This document shows positions 9,223-19,470 of a DNA stretch of 64,000 nt, one piece after another. Both the position numbers and the translations under genes were made by a program. Position 1 is the first letter of the stretch. The number at the start of each line of letters is the position of its first letter. Where the stretch lies: NCBI GenBank assembly GCA_903851195.1, contig CAINNJ010000027.1, positions 38,744 through 102,743 of the forward strand. Reading direction: 5' to 3'. Under the pieces are notes generated by a model. The model did no database searches and was not told the DNA's origin. It worked only from the letters and a program-made list of their open reading frames with translations. The DNA comes from an uncultured Acidobacteriia bacterium (lineage in GTDB: Bacteria; Acidobacteriota; Terriglobia; Bryobacterales; Bryobacteraceae).

Positions 9223-10473
9223 GTGTTTCCCGAATGGCGCTCGGGCTGCATTCGGAAGCGCGTGACTTCTCTGGCTGTTTCCGCGGTGCAGCCCGCCGCG
9301 ACGGCTCATCCGGCCGCGGTGAACAATGGCGCCCCCACAAGCGCCGGCCGGCCCGCGCTGCATTTACGCGGGTCAAGAAATCAGCCTCCGAAAGAAGCGC
9401 CGGCTCAGCCTGCCGCCGACGGGGGAGCGCCACGGGTTTCCGTCACGAAAGCATCCGGTAACGAGGACGACCGGAACCTGTCGCCATTCGAGGAACTGGT
9501 CCAGTCGATCAGTGCGGATGAGCCAACGCCGAAACAACCCGCACCAGCAGCCGCTCCTCAGGAGCCAGTGCCGGAAGCGATTGCCGGGAGCATCGTGCCC
9601 GGAAAAGCCGCAGCTCCGGAGATTCCGAAAGTCCCCTCTTTCAGCCGCGTGAAAACGCCGGTCGCGGGACTTGCCAGGACCGATACCTCCGAGGTCCCTA
9701 CATTCACGGCGCCGGTGGCCTTACCGCCCGTACTTCCGCCCCTGCCGCTGTCACTCTTATCCACTCCCGCGCCCGACGAACAAACGGACGGCACCGAAGC
9801 AAACCAGTCCACCGGCAACGCGGAAGCGGCGAAGCCTGTGGAGCGGTTACACGCGAACGACGTGGTACTCGAGGTCCAAATCCGGCCTGCTGCACCCGCG
9901 CCAGAGACAAAGCATCAGGAGACGGGGAGCACCACGGCACTGTTCGCGCCCGAAGTTGCCACGGAACCTGCGTCGAAAAGACCAGAGCCTGCCGCTCCGG
10001 CGCAACCACCGCTACAACAACCGGCACCCGCACCGTTCAGCGCGCATCCGGCGGCAAACCCGATCCAGTCCCAATTACCGGCCCGCTCACCGGAACGTGA
10101 AGCGCCCATCGCCCGGCCGCACGAACCGGAACTACCAAAGCCTGAAACGACACAGCCCTTGCGGTCCGTATCCCTGGAGTTCACGCCCGATGGCGCCGGC
10201 GACATCCGCCTGCGCCTGTCGGAACGCGCGGGCGAGGTGCACATCTCACTACACTCAGCCGACCCCTCGCTCTCCGGCCGGATCCACGAGGGTATTCACG
10301 ATCTTGTCGGTTCGCTTTCCAGCGCCGGGTACGATGCCGACGCGTGGACGCCGGGCCAGGGCCGCCAACAGCAGCGCCATGCCGATGAAAATCCACGAAA
10401 ACGGCGGAGTGAGAGTTCCGGCACCGGAGCCTTCCGCGGCATCCTCCAACAACCTGTCCAGGAGATCTCATGA
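9223..10473 (+). CDS. fliK: flagellar hook-length control protein FliK
   Basis: 416 aa, Pro/Ala-rich centre, C-terminal ..VSLEFTPDGAGDIRLRLSERAGEVHISLHSADP..L.. FliK C-domain pattern. Start codon uncertain (GTG at 9223). Confidence 0.8.
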   Translation: MFPEWRSGCIRKRVTSLAVSAVQPAATAHPAAVNNGAPTSAGRPALHLRGSRNQPPKEAPAQPAADGGAPRVSVTKASGNEDDRNLSPFEELVQSISADEPTPKQPAPAAAPQEPVPEAIAGSIVPGKAAAPEIPKVPSFSRVKTPVAGLARTDTSEVPTFTAPVALPPVLPPLPLSLLSTPAPDEQTDGTEANQSTGNAEAAKPVERLHANDVVLEVQIRPAAPAPETKHQETGSTTALFAPEVATEPASKRPEPAAPAQPPLQQPAPAPFSAHPAANPIQSQLPARSPEREAPIARPHEPELPKPETTQPLRSVSLEFTPDGAGDIRLRLSERAGEVHISLHSADPSLSGRIHEGIHDLVGSLSSAGYDADAWTPGQGRQQQRHADENPRKRRSESSGTGAFRGILQQPVQEIS

Positions 10474-10775
10474 GTTCCGTTACCTCCGCTCTGGCCGCGC
10501 GCGCCGCCGCGACGGGCAGCTCCGGCTCCTCCGCCGGTACGTCGGGCACGGCCGCGTTATCGGCCACCGACCCATTAGCCAACGAACAGACCTTTCTGAA
10601 GCTGCTGGTATCACAGCTGCAAAACCAGGATCCGCTGAACCCTACCGACAGCAACCAGTTCGTCTCCCAGCTAACCTCTTACAGCCAGCTCGAACAACTG
10701 ATCGGGATCCGGCAGAACACCACGCCGGCCTCGGCAAACGCACCATCTCAAACCAACGCAACCCAGGGAAGCTAA
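10470..10775 (+). CDS. flgD: flagellar hook cap/scaffold protein FlgD (short, N-domain only)
   Basis: 101 aa; FLKLLVSQLQNQDPLNPTDSNQFVSQLTSYSQLEQL is the FlgD N-terminal motif. The ORF stops 4 nt before flgE. Confidence 0.8.
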   Translation: MSSVTSALAARAAATGSSGSSAGTSGTAALSATDPLANEQTFLKLLVSQLQNQDPLNPTDSNQFVSQLTSYSQLEQLIGIRQNTTPASANAPSQTNATQGS

Positions 10776-10779
10776 CGAC

Positions 10780-12045
10780 ATGTCTACTGCCTTTTCCAAT
10801 GCCCTCTCCGGACTGAACGCCAACTCGCTTGCCATCGATGTGGTCAGTGGCAATCTCGCGAACCTGAACACCACGGGCTTCAAGACGAACTCCGTATCGT
10901 TCCTCGATCTGGTGAACCAGAGCCTCGCCGTCAGTTACGGCAGCACCACGGAAGGCACAGTGGGAGGATCCACCATCGCGCAGTCCATCCGCTCCTTCAC
11001 CCAGGGCTCCATCCAGTCCACGAGCCAGCCGTTCGACGCCGCCATCCAGGGGGGCGGATTCTTCGTTCTCCAGACAGCGAGCGGTCAGCAGGCGTTCACG
11101 CGGTCCGGCAATTTCAAGGTGGACGCGTCCGGCGATCTGCTGACACAGAGCGGGCAGGCCGTGCAGGGCTGGAACGCTATCGGAGGAACGCTGAACGCGA
11201 ACGGCACGATCACCAATATCAAACTCCCAACCGCCGGGCTGCGAACTCCCGCCCCGACAGGCAATGTTACGGTGTCGGCCAACCTGAATGCGAACGCCGC
11301 GGCGGGTTCCACGGACGGCACCTTCAGCTCGCCGCTCTCCGTGGTGGATTCGCTGGGGAACAGCCACGCGCTGACCGTCACCTACACGAAGACCTCAGCC
11401 GGCACATGGACCTACGACGTCAGCATCCCGTCGGCGGATCTGGCGTCACCGAGCGGCACCGGCGCGTCCTCATCGATCGCGACCGGAACGTTGACTTTCG
11501 ACGGAACCGGTCATCTGACCTCGCCGCCTTCATCCGCCCCGATTACGCTTCCCATCACGGGGCTGAGTGACGGCGCGGCCAACCTGAACATCAAATGGAG
11601 TCTCTACGACGCGAACGGAGTCTCGGGCCTGACGCAGTATTCGCAGCAGTCCGCCAACCTCGGGAGCACCGTGGACGGAACTCGCTCCGGCACCTTCAGC
11701 AGCGTCAGCATCGGCACGAACGGTCAGGTGATCGCGTACTACACGAACGGCGATGCCATTCCCGTGGCGCAACTGGCGCTGGCGTCCGTGCTCAATCCGG
11801 ATTCCATGCAGGATCTGGGGCAGAACACCTTCGGCCTGACATCCGCGACTTCGCTACCCGCCATCGGAGTCCCCGGCACGGGTTCCCGCGGCCAGATTTC
11901 GGGGGGAGCGCTGGAGACTTCCACGGTGGACATCGCGAAGGAATTCACGAATCTGCTGACCTACGAACGTGGCTACCAGGCAAATTCCAAGGTGGTGACC
12001 GCGGAAGACGAGATCATGCAGCAGACCGTGGCGCTGAAGACATAA
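10780..12045 (+). CDS. flgE: flagellar hook protein FlgE
   Basis: 421 aa; SGNLANLNTTGFK ... LETSTVDIAKEFTNLLTYERGYQANSKVV. Confidence 0.95.
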   Translation: MSTAFSNALSGLNANSLAIDVVSGNLANLNTTGFKTNSVSFLDLVNQSLAVSYGSTTEGTVGGSTIAQSIRSFTQGSIQSTSQPFDAAIQGGGFFVLQTASGQQAFTRSGNFKVDASGDLLTQSGQAVQGWNAIGGTLNANGTITNIKLPTAGLRTPAPTGNVTVSANLNANAAAGSTDGTFSSPLSVVDSLGNSHALTVTYTKTSAGTWTYDVSIPSADLASPSGTGASSSIATGTLTFDGTGHLTSPPSSAPITLPITGLSDGAANLNIKWSLYDANGVSGLTQYSQQSANLGSTVDGTRSGTFSSVSIGTNGQVIAYYTNGDAIPVAQLALASVLNPDSMQDLGQNTFGLTSATSLPAIGVPGTGSRGQISGGALETSTVDIAKEFTNLLTYERGYQANSKVVTAEDEIMQQTVALKT

Positions 12046-12064
12046 ACAAACCGACGCCAAAGAC

Positions 12065-12313
12065 ATGACACCGCTCCAGGAAATCGGGCATCTGGCGGAT
12101 GTTCCGATCGACATCGAAGTGCAGCTCGATCAGCGCTGGATGAGGCTTTCGGAGATCCTTTCGCTCGAAGAGGGCAGCATCATCGAGATGTCGCGTTCAG
12201 CGGGCGAGAACATCGACATCTTCATCGGCAAGCGGCTGAGCGCGTTTGGCGAAATCGTGATTATCGAAAACATCATGGGCGTCCGGATCACCGACTTCAA
12301 TACCGAGCACTGA
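12065..12313 (+). CDS. fliN: flagellar motor switch protein FliN (SpoA domain only)
   Basis: 82 aa; ..LSLEEGSIIEMSRSAGENIDIFIGKRLSAFGEIVIIENIMGVRITDF = SpoA fold sequence pattern. Confidence 0.85.
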   Translation: MTPLQEIGHLADVPIDIEVQLDQRWMRLSEILSLEEGSIIEMSRSAGENIDIFIGKRLSAFGEIVIIENIMGVRITDFNTEH

Positions 12314-12318
12314 AAGTT

Positions 12319-12576
12319 ATGGATATTCAACCGTACGCCGCCGCAATTCTGGTTCCCGCGCTCGCGGGTCTGCTGGTCGTGGTCCGAAAGCGAGGACTGC
12401 GCCTGCAACGCGGGATCGGAGCCGGTATCCGGAACCTGGAAGTGCTCGAACGTGTCGCGCTGAGCCCGCACCACATGATCCATCTGGTGCGGGTAGCGGA
12501 CCGCGTGGTCCTCATCGGCACTTCGCCTTCCACGTGCCAGTTGCTGGATGGCGCCGAGGGGACTGACAAGCGATGA
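12319..12576 (+). CDS. fliO: flagellar biosynthesis protein FliO
   Basis: 85 aa, single N-terminal TM then ..LEVLERVALSPHHMIHLVRVADRVVLIG.. Positioned immediately before fliP. Confidence 0.65.
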   Translation: MDIQPYAAAILVPALAGLLVVVRKRGLRLQRGIGAGIRNLEVLERVALSPHHMIHLVRVADRVVLIGTSPSTCQLLDGAEGTDKR

Positions 12577-13310
12577 GGCCGCTGCCGCTCGTAGCACTGT
12601 CACTCTTGGCGCAGCCACTCCTGGCGCTCCCGGCAAACGGCGCCGTCACACCTCCATCGCTGCTCCCGGCCGGAGCGAAAGAACTCAGCACCACGATGCA
12701 GATCATCATCCTGATGACGCTGCTGACACTGCTGCCGGCCATCGTCATGTCGCTCACGCCGTTTCTGCGCATCTCCATCGTGCTGCACTTTCTGCGGCAG
12801 GCGCTAGGGACGCAGAGCGCGCCGTCGAATCAGGTGCTGGTGGGACTGGCTCTGTTCCTGACGATGGTGCTGATCGAGCCGCTGGGCCTGCAGATCTATC
12901 GGGAAGCGTGGGCGCCGATGGAGGCCGGCAGTATCAGCGCTCCGCAGGCATGGGAGATCGGGACCAAACCGCTGAAAGCGTATCTGGTGCATTTCGTGCG
13001 CGAAAAGGACGTGAAGCTCTTTCTCGATATCACGCACGCGCCGAAACCGCGAACGGCCGCGGACCTGGAACTGACGGTTCTCGCCCCCGCCTACATCCTC
13101 AGCGAGATGCGGGCAGGTTTCCAGATCGGCGCGGTGCTGTTTCTCCCGTTCCTGCTGATCGACATCATCGTTGCTTCGGTAACTCTGTCGATCGGCATGG
13201 TCCAATTGCCGCCTGTCATGGTGTCCGCGCCCTTCAAACTGCTGCTGTTCGTTCTGGTGGACGGCTGGAACCTGACCATCGGGTCTCTCATGAAAGGGTT
13301 TTACGCGTGA
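12573..13310 (+). CDS. fliP: flagellar type III export gate protein FliP
   Basis: 245 aa with signal peptide; LLPAIVMSLTPFLRISIVLHFLRQALG motif. Confidence 0.95.
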   Translation: MRPLPLVALSLLAQPLLALPANGAVTPPSLLPAGAKELSTTMQIIILMTLLTLLPAIVMSLTPFLRISIVLHFLRQALGTQSAPSNQVLVGLALFLTMVLIEPLGLQIYREAWAPMEAGSISAPQAWEIGTKPLKAYLVHFVREKDVKLFLDITHAPKPRTAADLELTVLAPAYILSEMRAGFQIGAVLFLPFLLIDIIVASVTLSIGMVQLPPVMVSAPFKLLLFVLVDGWNLTIGSLMKGFYA

Positions 13311-13576
13311 CTCCCGAATTCGCCTCCCACGTGGTGGGACAGATGTTTATGACCGCCTTCTGGATCGCGGCGCCGCTGCTCGCCATCGGCTTCGTGACCG
13401 GAATCGTGATCAGCCTGGTTCAGATTGTCACGTCGATCCAGGACAGTGGCTTCAACGCGATCCCGCGCCTGCTTGCGTTCCTAGCGGGCTGCCTGATTCT
13501 GATGCCATGGATGGTCCACCGGAGCATGGCATACACCATCGACATTCTGGGAAACCTGAACCGCTATGCACGCTGA
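13307..13576 (+). CDS. fliQ: flagellar export gate protein FliQ
   Basis: C-terminal 89 codons of ORF 12548..13576. GTG start overlaps the fliP stop (GTGA). Two-TM sequence ..FWIAAPLLAIGFVTGIVISLVQIVTSIQD.. Confidence 0.85.
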   Translation: MTPEFASHVVGQMFMTAFWIAAPLLAIGFVTGIVISLVQIVTSIQDSGFNAIPRLLAFLAGCLILMPWMVHRSMAYTIDILGNLNRYAR

Positions 13577-14366
13577 CGAAGTCTTTACTTACGCCACGCT
13601 GTTCGGCTTCCTGTTCACCCTGGCTCGGGTGTCGTGCGTGATTGCGTTTCTGCCTCTGGCCGCATTCCGGGGCGCGTCGGATACGCCGAAGATCTTCCTC
13701 GCGCTGGGTTTCACCATGATCCTTTGGCCGGAGTGGAACGGCCCGGCAATCGCCCAACACAACCTTGCCGACGCCAGTATCGGCCGCATGGTGGCGGGGT
13801 TGGCGGGCGAGGCTGCGCTGGGCTTTGCGATCGGCCTGATCGTCGCGCTGGTGCTGGAAGTCTTCCAGATTGCCGCGCAGATGGTCAGCATCCAGGCGGG
13901 ATTCGGTTTCGCGTCCACCGTGGATCCCGCCAGCGGAGCCGATTCCACGGTGCTGCTAACCCTGGCGCAAATCATGTCCGGCCTGCTCTTCTTTACCACC
14001 GGGGCGGATCGCCTGCTGGTGCGAGCGCTGGCGGACAGCCTCCGCCTGTGCCCGCCGGAAAGTTTCGCCATCCGGAAGAACTGGGCGAACGCCCTGATCC
14101 CTTTCAGCGCCACCCTTCTTGCGTCCGGATTGCGTCTGGCCGCGCCGGTGATCACACTGCTTCTGCTCACGGACCTCGCGCTGGCTGTTCTGGGCCGCGT
14201 GCAGCAGCAGATTCAGCTGGTTTCGCTGACGCTGCCGGCGAAACTCGCCGCCTCGATGGTGTTGCTGGCGCTGACCATGGCTTTCCAGCCGAAATTCTTC
14301 ACGGACATGATGCTGCAGGCCATCCTTCTGATCGAAGGTCTGCTCCGGACCGTTCCCAAGGGCTAA
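13566..14366 (+). CDS. fliR: flagellar export gate protein FliR
   Basis: 266-aa polytopic ORF between fliQ and flhB. Confidence 0.9.
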   Translation: MHADEVFTYATLFGFLFTLARVSCVIAFLPLAAFRGASDTPKIFLALGFTMILWPEWNGPAIAQHNLADASIGRMVAGLAGEAALGFAIGLIVALVLEVFQIAAQMVSIQAGFGFASTVDPASGADSTVLLTLAQIMSGLLFFTTGADRLLVRALADSLRLCPPESFAIRKNWANALIPFSATLLASGLRLAAPVITLLLLTDLALAVLGRVQQQIQLVSLTLPAKLAASMVLLALTMAFQPKFFTDMMLQAILLIEGLLRTVPKG

Positions 14367-14370
14367 GACA

Positions 14371-15438
14371 ATGGCCGACAGCTCGCAGCGCACCGAACAA
14401 CCCACTCCCCGGCGGCTGGAGAAAGCCCGCAAAGAGGGCGATTTTCCCGCCGCGCGGGAGTTTGTCGCGGCTCTGCAGTTTTTCACTTTCGTCACGCTCG
14501 CATCGGCGTACTTTCCAGGCTGGATCCTCGATCTGCGTGCATCCCTGGTTATCGGCCTGCGGCAGGCATTCTCAACGAACCTCACGCCCGGCGAACTCAC
14601 GGTAATACTCCTGCGCCTCTCTCAGGCCACTTTGCGCCCTCTTGTCCTGTTGGGATGCATCCTGATGGCGGCAACGCTGCTGCTGCAGATGGGCGCCACC
14701 AATATGGGATTCAGCCTCCGCGGTCTGATGCCCAAACTCGACCGGCTCAACCCGGCGAACCGCCTTCGGGAAGTGCCGGCCAACAACCTCGCGCACTTCC
14801 TGCAGGCCCTGGTGATGGTACCGCTGGTTTTCTGGCTGACATGGTCCATGGTGCGGGACCGGCTTCCGAAACTCTTGCGTCTGCCGCTGCTGCCTGTCGC
14901 CACGGCGGCGGCTTCGGCGGGGCTGCTGTTGCGCGACGCCTTGCGGAAGTCCGCCTGGGTGCTGGTGATCCTGGGCGCTGTGATGGCCGTCCGGGACCGG
15001 TCCCGATACCAGAAGCGCCTCATGATGAGCAAGCAGGAGATCCGGGACGAATCCAAAGAGAACGAGGTCAGTCCGCAGATCAAAGTGCGCGTCCGGCAGA
15101 TGCAGCGCGATATGCGCCGCAAGAATATGATGCGGGCGGTCCCGACGGCTACCGCAGTGATCGTTAACCCTACGCATTATGCCGTAGCCCTCAAATATGA
15201 GCAGGGTGGTATGTCCGCTCCGCAGGTCGTTGCCAAGGGAAAAAACTACCTCGCCGCGCGTATCCGGCAGAGGGCAATCGAAAATCAGGTCCCGATAATT
15301 GAGAATCCTCCCCTCGCTCAGGCACTGTACAAATCAGTGGACGTCGGACAGGAAATACCGCCGGATCTCTATCGGGCCGTCGCGGAAATTCTCGCCTATA
15401 TTTTCAAACTGACGAATCCGCGGGGCAGAAGACTCTGA
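14371..15438 (+). CDS. flhB: flagellar export switch protein FlhB
   Basis: 355 aa; MADSSQRTEQPTPRRLEKARKEGDFP N-terminus and NPTH autocleavage site (VIVNPTHYAVAL). Confidence 0.97.
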   Translation: MADSSQRTEQPTPRRLEKARKEGDFPAAREFVAALQFFTFVTLASAYFPGWILDLRASLVIGLRQAFSTNLTPGELTVILLRLSQATLRPLVLLGCILMAATLLLQMGATNMGFSLRGLMPKLDRLNPANRLREVPANNLAHFLQALVMVPLVFWLTWSMVRDRLPKLLRLPLLPVATAAASAGLLLRDALRKSAWVLVILGAVMAVRDRSRYQKRLMMSKQEIRDESKENEVSPQIKVRVRQMQRDMRRKNMMRAVPTATAVIVNPTHYAVALKYEQGGMSAPQVVAKGKNYLAARIRQRAIENQVPIIENPPLAQALYKSVDVGQEIPPDLYRAVAEILAYIFKLTNPRGRRL

Positions 15439-17510
15439 TGACCGCCAATACCGCGACCGCGCGCAGCCTGATGCCGAAAGTCTCACTGAAGGCAGTGAGC
15501 GAATTCGCCGTGCCCGCGGCGGTGCTGGCCATCATCATGGCGCTGATCGCGCCCATGCCGGCTATTCTGCTGGATCTCCTGATTGTCTGCGACATCATGA
15601 TGTCGGTGATCGTGCTGATGGTGGCGATGTACATCACCAAACCGGTGGATTTCAACGTTTTTCCGACTACCCTGCTGTTGCTGACCCTGTTTCGGCTCGC
15701 GCTGAATGTCTCTTCCGCGCGCCTCATCCTGCTGAACGGACATACCGGAACCTCGGCGGCCGGCGATGTGATTCAGGCGTTCGGAAATTTCGTGGTGGGC
15801 GGAAACTACATCATCGGCGCCGTGATTTTCCTTGTGCTGATCGCCATTCAGTACGTGGTGATCAATCACGGCGCGGTGCGCATTTCCGAAGTGACCGCGC
15901 GGTTTACGCTGGACGCCCTGCCGGGCAAGCAGATGGCGATCGATTCCGATCTGAACGCGGGCCTGGTGGATGAAGCCACGGCGCGGCGCCGGCGAAAGGA
16001 ACTGTCGGCCGAAGCGGAATTCTTCGGCGCCATGGACGGCGCGAGCCGATTTACGCAGCGCGACGCCGTCGCCGGGATTCTGATCACGTCCATCAATATC
16101 GTTGCGGGTCTGCTGATTGGCGTGCTGCAGCATGGTCTGAATGTCGCCAACGCCCTGCAGACCTATACGGTCCTGACCATCGGCGACGGCCTGGTGACGG
16201 TGATTCCGGCGCTGATGATCTCCATCTCGGGAGGGATGATTGTGACGCGCGCGACATCGGAAAACCGCCTTGGCGTGGAGTTCCAGAAGCAGATCTTCGG
16301 CGCCGCGCAGCCGCTGATGCTGGCGAGCGGCGTGCTGGTGGCGCTCGCCATGTTCCCGGGGCTGCCGCGTATTCCGTTCCTGCTGCTGGGTGTAGGCCTC
16401 GGTGCGGTGGCCTGGCAAATACGGAAAACCGCGGAGACGGCGGAAGCGCCAGGAGCGGGCGCCGCGCCGGCAAAGGCACCCAAAGAAAACCTGGAAGATC
16501 TGCTGCGGGTGGAGCCTCTTTCCATCGAAGTCGGAGTGGGCCTGATCTCCTTCATCGCGGACGGCGCCAACTCGCCGCTCCTGCGCCGCATCGGAGGAAT
16601 TCGCAAGCAGCTTGCCGCGGAACTGGGCTTCATTATTCCGGCGGTGCGCGTCACGGATAACCTCAGCCTGCGGTCCCGCGAGTATTCGATTCAGCTGAAA
16701 GGCGTGGAACTGGCCCGGTTCGAACTGCCCCAGGGCTGCGAACTGGCGATCGCGGTGACGGCGACCGAGCGTCCCCCGGACGGCAGGCCGGCCAAGGACC
16801 CGGCCTTCGGCGTTCCGGCGTGGTGGATTCCCTCCTCGCAGGCGGAAAAAGTGCGCTCGATGGGATACACGGTGATCGATCCGCTCAGTGTCATGAGTAC
16901 GCATCTTTCGGAACTGATCAAGCGGATCGCCCACGAACTTTTCTCACGCCAGGAAGCGAAGAAACTGCTGGACCGCGTGAGCACGGAGCACGGGAAGGTG
17001 GTGGAAGATCTGGTGCCGAAACTGCTGTCGCTGGCCACGCTGCAGCGCGTGTTCCAGAACCTGCTGCGCGAGCGTGTTTCCATTCGGGACGCGGTGTCCA
17101 TTCTGGAAGCGCTGGGTGAGGCCGCGCCTTCCACGCGCAATCCCGTCCTGCTGACCGACTATGTCCGGCAGGCGATCCGCCGGGTGGTAGTGAAGCCGTA
17201 TCTGAACGGGAACGGCGACCTGCCTGCATGGTTTATCGATCCGCAGATCGAACGCTTCGTCGAGACCGGAATCGAGCATGGCGAATCGAACAGCTCGCTC
17301 GGCCTCGCTCCGCAGGCGCTGCGCGATCTGCTGGACCGGTTCGCGCGCGGTATCGGGCCGGTGGAGTCCGCGACGGCGGTGATTACCAGTTCCGCCTGCC
17401 GGTACTTCCTCCGGCAATCGGTGGAGACGTCCGCGCCCAATCTTTTCTTCCTTTCGCACAGTGAAGTCCCGGCCGGCATCAAAGTGATCTCTCTGGGGGT
17501 AGTCCAATAA
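15438..17510 (+). CDS. flhA: flagellar export gate protein FlhA
   Basis: 690 aa; RFTLDALPGKQMAIDSDL motif, 8-TM N-domain plus cytoplasmic C-domain. Confidence 0.97.
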   Translation: MTANTATARSLMPKVSLKAVSEFAVPAAVLAIIMALIAPMPAILLDLLIVCDIMMSVIVLMVAMYITKPVDFNVFPTTLLLLTLFRLALNVSSARLILLNGHTGTSAAGDVIQAFGNFVVGGNYIIGAVIFLVLIAIQYVVINHGAVRISEVTARFTLDALPGKQMAIDSDLNAGLVDEATARRRRKELSAEAEFFGAMDGASRFTQRDAVAGILITSINIVAGLLIGVLQHGLNVANALQTYTVLTIGDGLVTVIPALMISISGGMIVTRATSENRLGVEFQKQIFGAAQPLMLASGVLVALAMFPGLPRIPFLLLGVGLGAVAWQIRKTAETAEAPGAGAAPAKAPKENLEDLLRVEPLSIEVGVGLISFIADGANSPLLRRIGGIRKQLAAELGFIIPAVRVTDNLSLRSREYSIQLKGVELARFELPQGCELAIAVTATERPPDGRPAKDPAFGVPAWWIPSSQAEKVRSMGYTVIDPLSVMSTHLSELIKRIAHELFSRQEAKKLLDRVSTEHGKVVEDLVPKLLSLATLQRVFQNLLRERVSIRDAVSILEALGEAAPSTRNPVLLTDYVRQAIRRVVVKPYLNGNGDLPAWFIDPQIERFVETGIEHGESNSSLGLAPQALRDLLDRFARGIGPVESATAVITSSACRYFLRQSVETSAPNLFFLSHSEVPAGIKVISLGVVQ

Positions 17511-17511
17511 C

Positions 17512-18693
17512 ATGCAGACGAAGACGTATTTCGCGACCAGCATACCGGCGGCTCTGGAGGTCGCGCGAAAGGAGTTGGGCTCCGATGCCATGCTGGTGAG
17601 CTCCCGGCCTTCGCCCGCCGAAGTGCGGGCTTTCGGCAAGCTGGAAGTGACGTTCGCGTTCGATCCGAAGCCGGAAAATCCACCGGATGGGAGGGAGGGA
17701 GCCACGGGCCGGCTGTTCGCGCCGGTGTCGAAACTGCCGGAAACCGCAGGAACCGGCCGCTACTCACGCTCCGAACTCGACGATTTGCGTCAACAGATCG
17801 CCACTTTGCGGTCGGAAATCGCCCGGCCCGGTCACGCCACCACGGCAGGGGTCCGCTCTTTCGGCGAGCATTTCTCGGCCGCCAGCGCGGCACTGGCCGC
17901 CACCACCATCGACGAGCCCAACCCGCTGGCGGGACGACTGTGCGGCGGCGGACTCGACCCCGGAACGGCACGGGACATCGCGGTCGCCGCGGCCCGCCAT
18001 CCCGGCGAGCCAGGTTCCGCCCTGCTGCGTGAGCTGATCTCCCGAATTCCGGTGAAGGGATTTGCCCCGCTGCAACCGGGAGAGAGGCGCACCCTCGCCT
18101 TCATCGGCCCGCCCGGCCGCGGCAAGACCACCACGCTGGTCAAGGTAGCCGTTCGGCACGGTCTTGCGAAAAGGGTTCCGGTACGCATCTACAGCGGGGG
18201 AGCCCACGGCGTGGCATCGCAGGAGCAGATGGCCCGGTTTGCCGCGCTGCTCGGCGTGCCGTTTCAGGCGTTCGAGTCACTGGAAAGCCTGCACCTGGCG
18301 CTGCAAGGGGATGCCTCAAAGGGCTTGGTCCTGATCGACACCCCGGGACTATCCCCGGCGGAATCGGCCGAACTCGACGGAATGGCCGCCTTCTTCGGCC
18401 GGTTGCCCGGAATTGAAAAACACCTGGTTCTGCGGGCGGATGCCCGCACGGCCGACATGGCGCGCGCGGTTGCGCGGTTTGCGCCGGTCGGGCCGAATTA
18501 TCTGCTGTTCACCGGTCTTGATGAGGCCTCCGCCCCGGGAGCCATGCTGGATACCCTCATCCGCAGCGGAATTCCGGCCGTGTTCGCGGGCATCGGGCAG
18601 CAAATTCCGGACGATCTGGAAGAGTTCGACGCGTCTCGCCTCGCCGGCGAAATTTGCGGTGGCAACCGGCTGGCCGCGGGCGCGGCGGCGTAG
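17512..18693 (+). CDS. flhF: flagellar SRP-type GTPase FlhF
   Basis: 393 aa; G1 GPPGRGKTTT and G3 LIDTPG. Directly follows flhA. Confidence 0.9.
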   Translation: MQTKTYFATSIPAALEVARKELGSDAMLVSSRPSPAEVRAFGKLEVTFAFDPKPENPPDGREGATGRLFAPVSKLPETAGTGRYSRSELDDLRQQIATLRSEIARPGHATTAGVRSFGEHFSAASAALAATTIDEPNPLAGRLCGGGLDPGTARDIAVAAARHPGEPGSALLRELISRIPVKGFAPLQPGERRTLAFIGPPGRGKTTTLVKVAVRHGLAKRVPVRIYSGGAHGVASQEQMARFAALLGVPFQAFESLESLHLALQGDASKGLVLIDTPGLSPAESAELDGMAAFFGRLPGIEKHLVLRADARTADMARAVARFAPVGPNYLLFTGLDEASAPGAMLDTLIRSGIPAVFAGIGQQIPDDLEEFDASRLAGEICGGNRLAAGAAA

Positions 18694-18702
18694 GAGACTG
18701 GC

Positions 18703-19458
18703 TTGGGAGCGGCAGCCTATCTGGTTCCAGTCCCGGCGATTTCCGCCGGGGAGCGCGACCGTCTCATCATTGAGCACTTGCCCCAGGTGCGTCTGATCGC
18801 CCGGAAAATCCACGAAAGGTTGCCCGACACCGTTCTCCTTGACGACCTGCTTTCCGCTGGTGTTATTGGACTAATCAACGCGGTGGACAATTTCGACCCG
18901 CGCCAGAACGTCAAGCTGCGGACTTATGCGGAGTTCCGGATTCGCGGCGCGATCCTCGACAGTCTGCGCGAGACGGACTGGGCTCCCCGTACCCGCCGCC
19001 GCCAGGCGCGCGAACTGGAGGCAGCCCTCGCGCGCGCCGAACAGCGACTGCGGCGTGCGCCGGAAGAAGCCGAAATCGCTGCGGAACTGGGCGTCTCAGT
19101 GGAGGACTACCGCGACTTGCTGACGGAGGTATCGGGGCTTGAAATCGGTGAACTGGAATACTTCCAGGACGAGCGGGAGACGCCCAGCCTGATCCGCTAC
19201 GTCGCCTCGCCGGAAGAGCAATCGCCGGCTCGGTTGCTGGAGCGTGCGGAACTGGAACGGCTGATTGCCGGCGCCCTCGACAGCATCCCGAAGGTGGAGC
19301 GGACGGTGCTCAGCCTCTATTTTTATGAGGAACTCACACTTCGGGAAATCGGCGACATGATGGAACTGCATTTCAGCCGGGTGTCGCAGATCAAGCTGCA
19401 GGCGATTCTGCGCCTGCGCAACGCCATCGCGAAGCGCTGGCCCGGCGTACGGGGCTGA
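18703..19458 (+). CDS. fliA: flagellar sigma factor FliA (sigma-28)
   Basis: 251 aa with regions 2 (DDLLSAGVIGLINAVDNFD..YAEFRIRGAILD), 3 (..IAAELGVSVEDY..) and 4 (..LSLYFYEELTLREIGDMMELHFSRVSQI..). TTG start. Confidence 0.9.
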   Translation: MGAAAYLVPVPAISAGERDRLIIEHLPQVRLIARKIHERLPDTVLLDDLLSAGVIGLINAVDNFDPRQNVKLRTYAEFRIRGAILDSLRETDWAPRTRRRQARELEAALARAEQRLRRAPEEAEIAAELGVSVEDYRDLLTEVSGLEIGELEYFQDERETPSLIRYVASPEEQSPARLLERAELERLIAGALDSIPKVERTVLSLYFYEELTLREIGDMMELHFSRVSQIKLQAILRLRNAIAKRWPGVRG

Positions 19459-19470
19459 CGAAAGGAAGAC

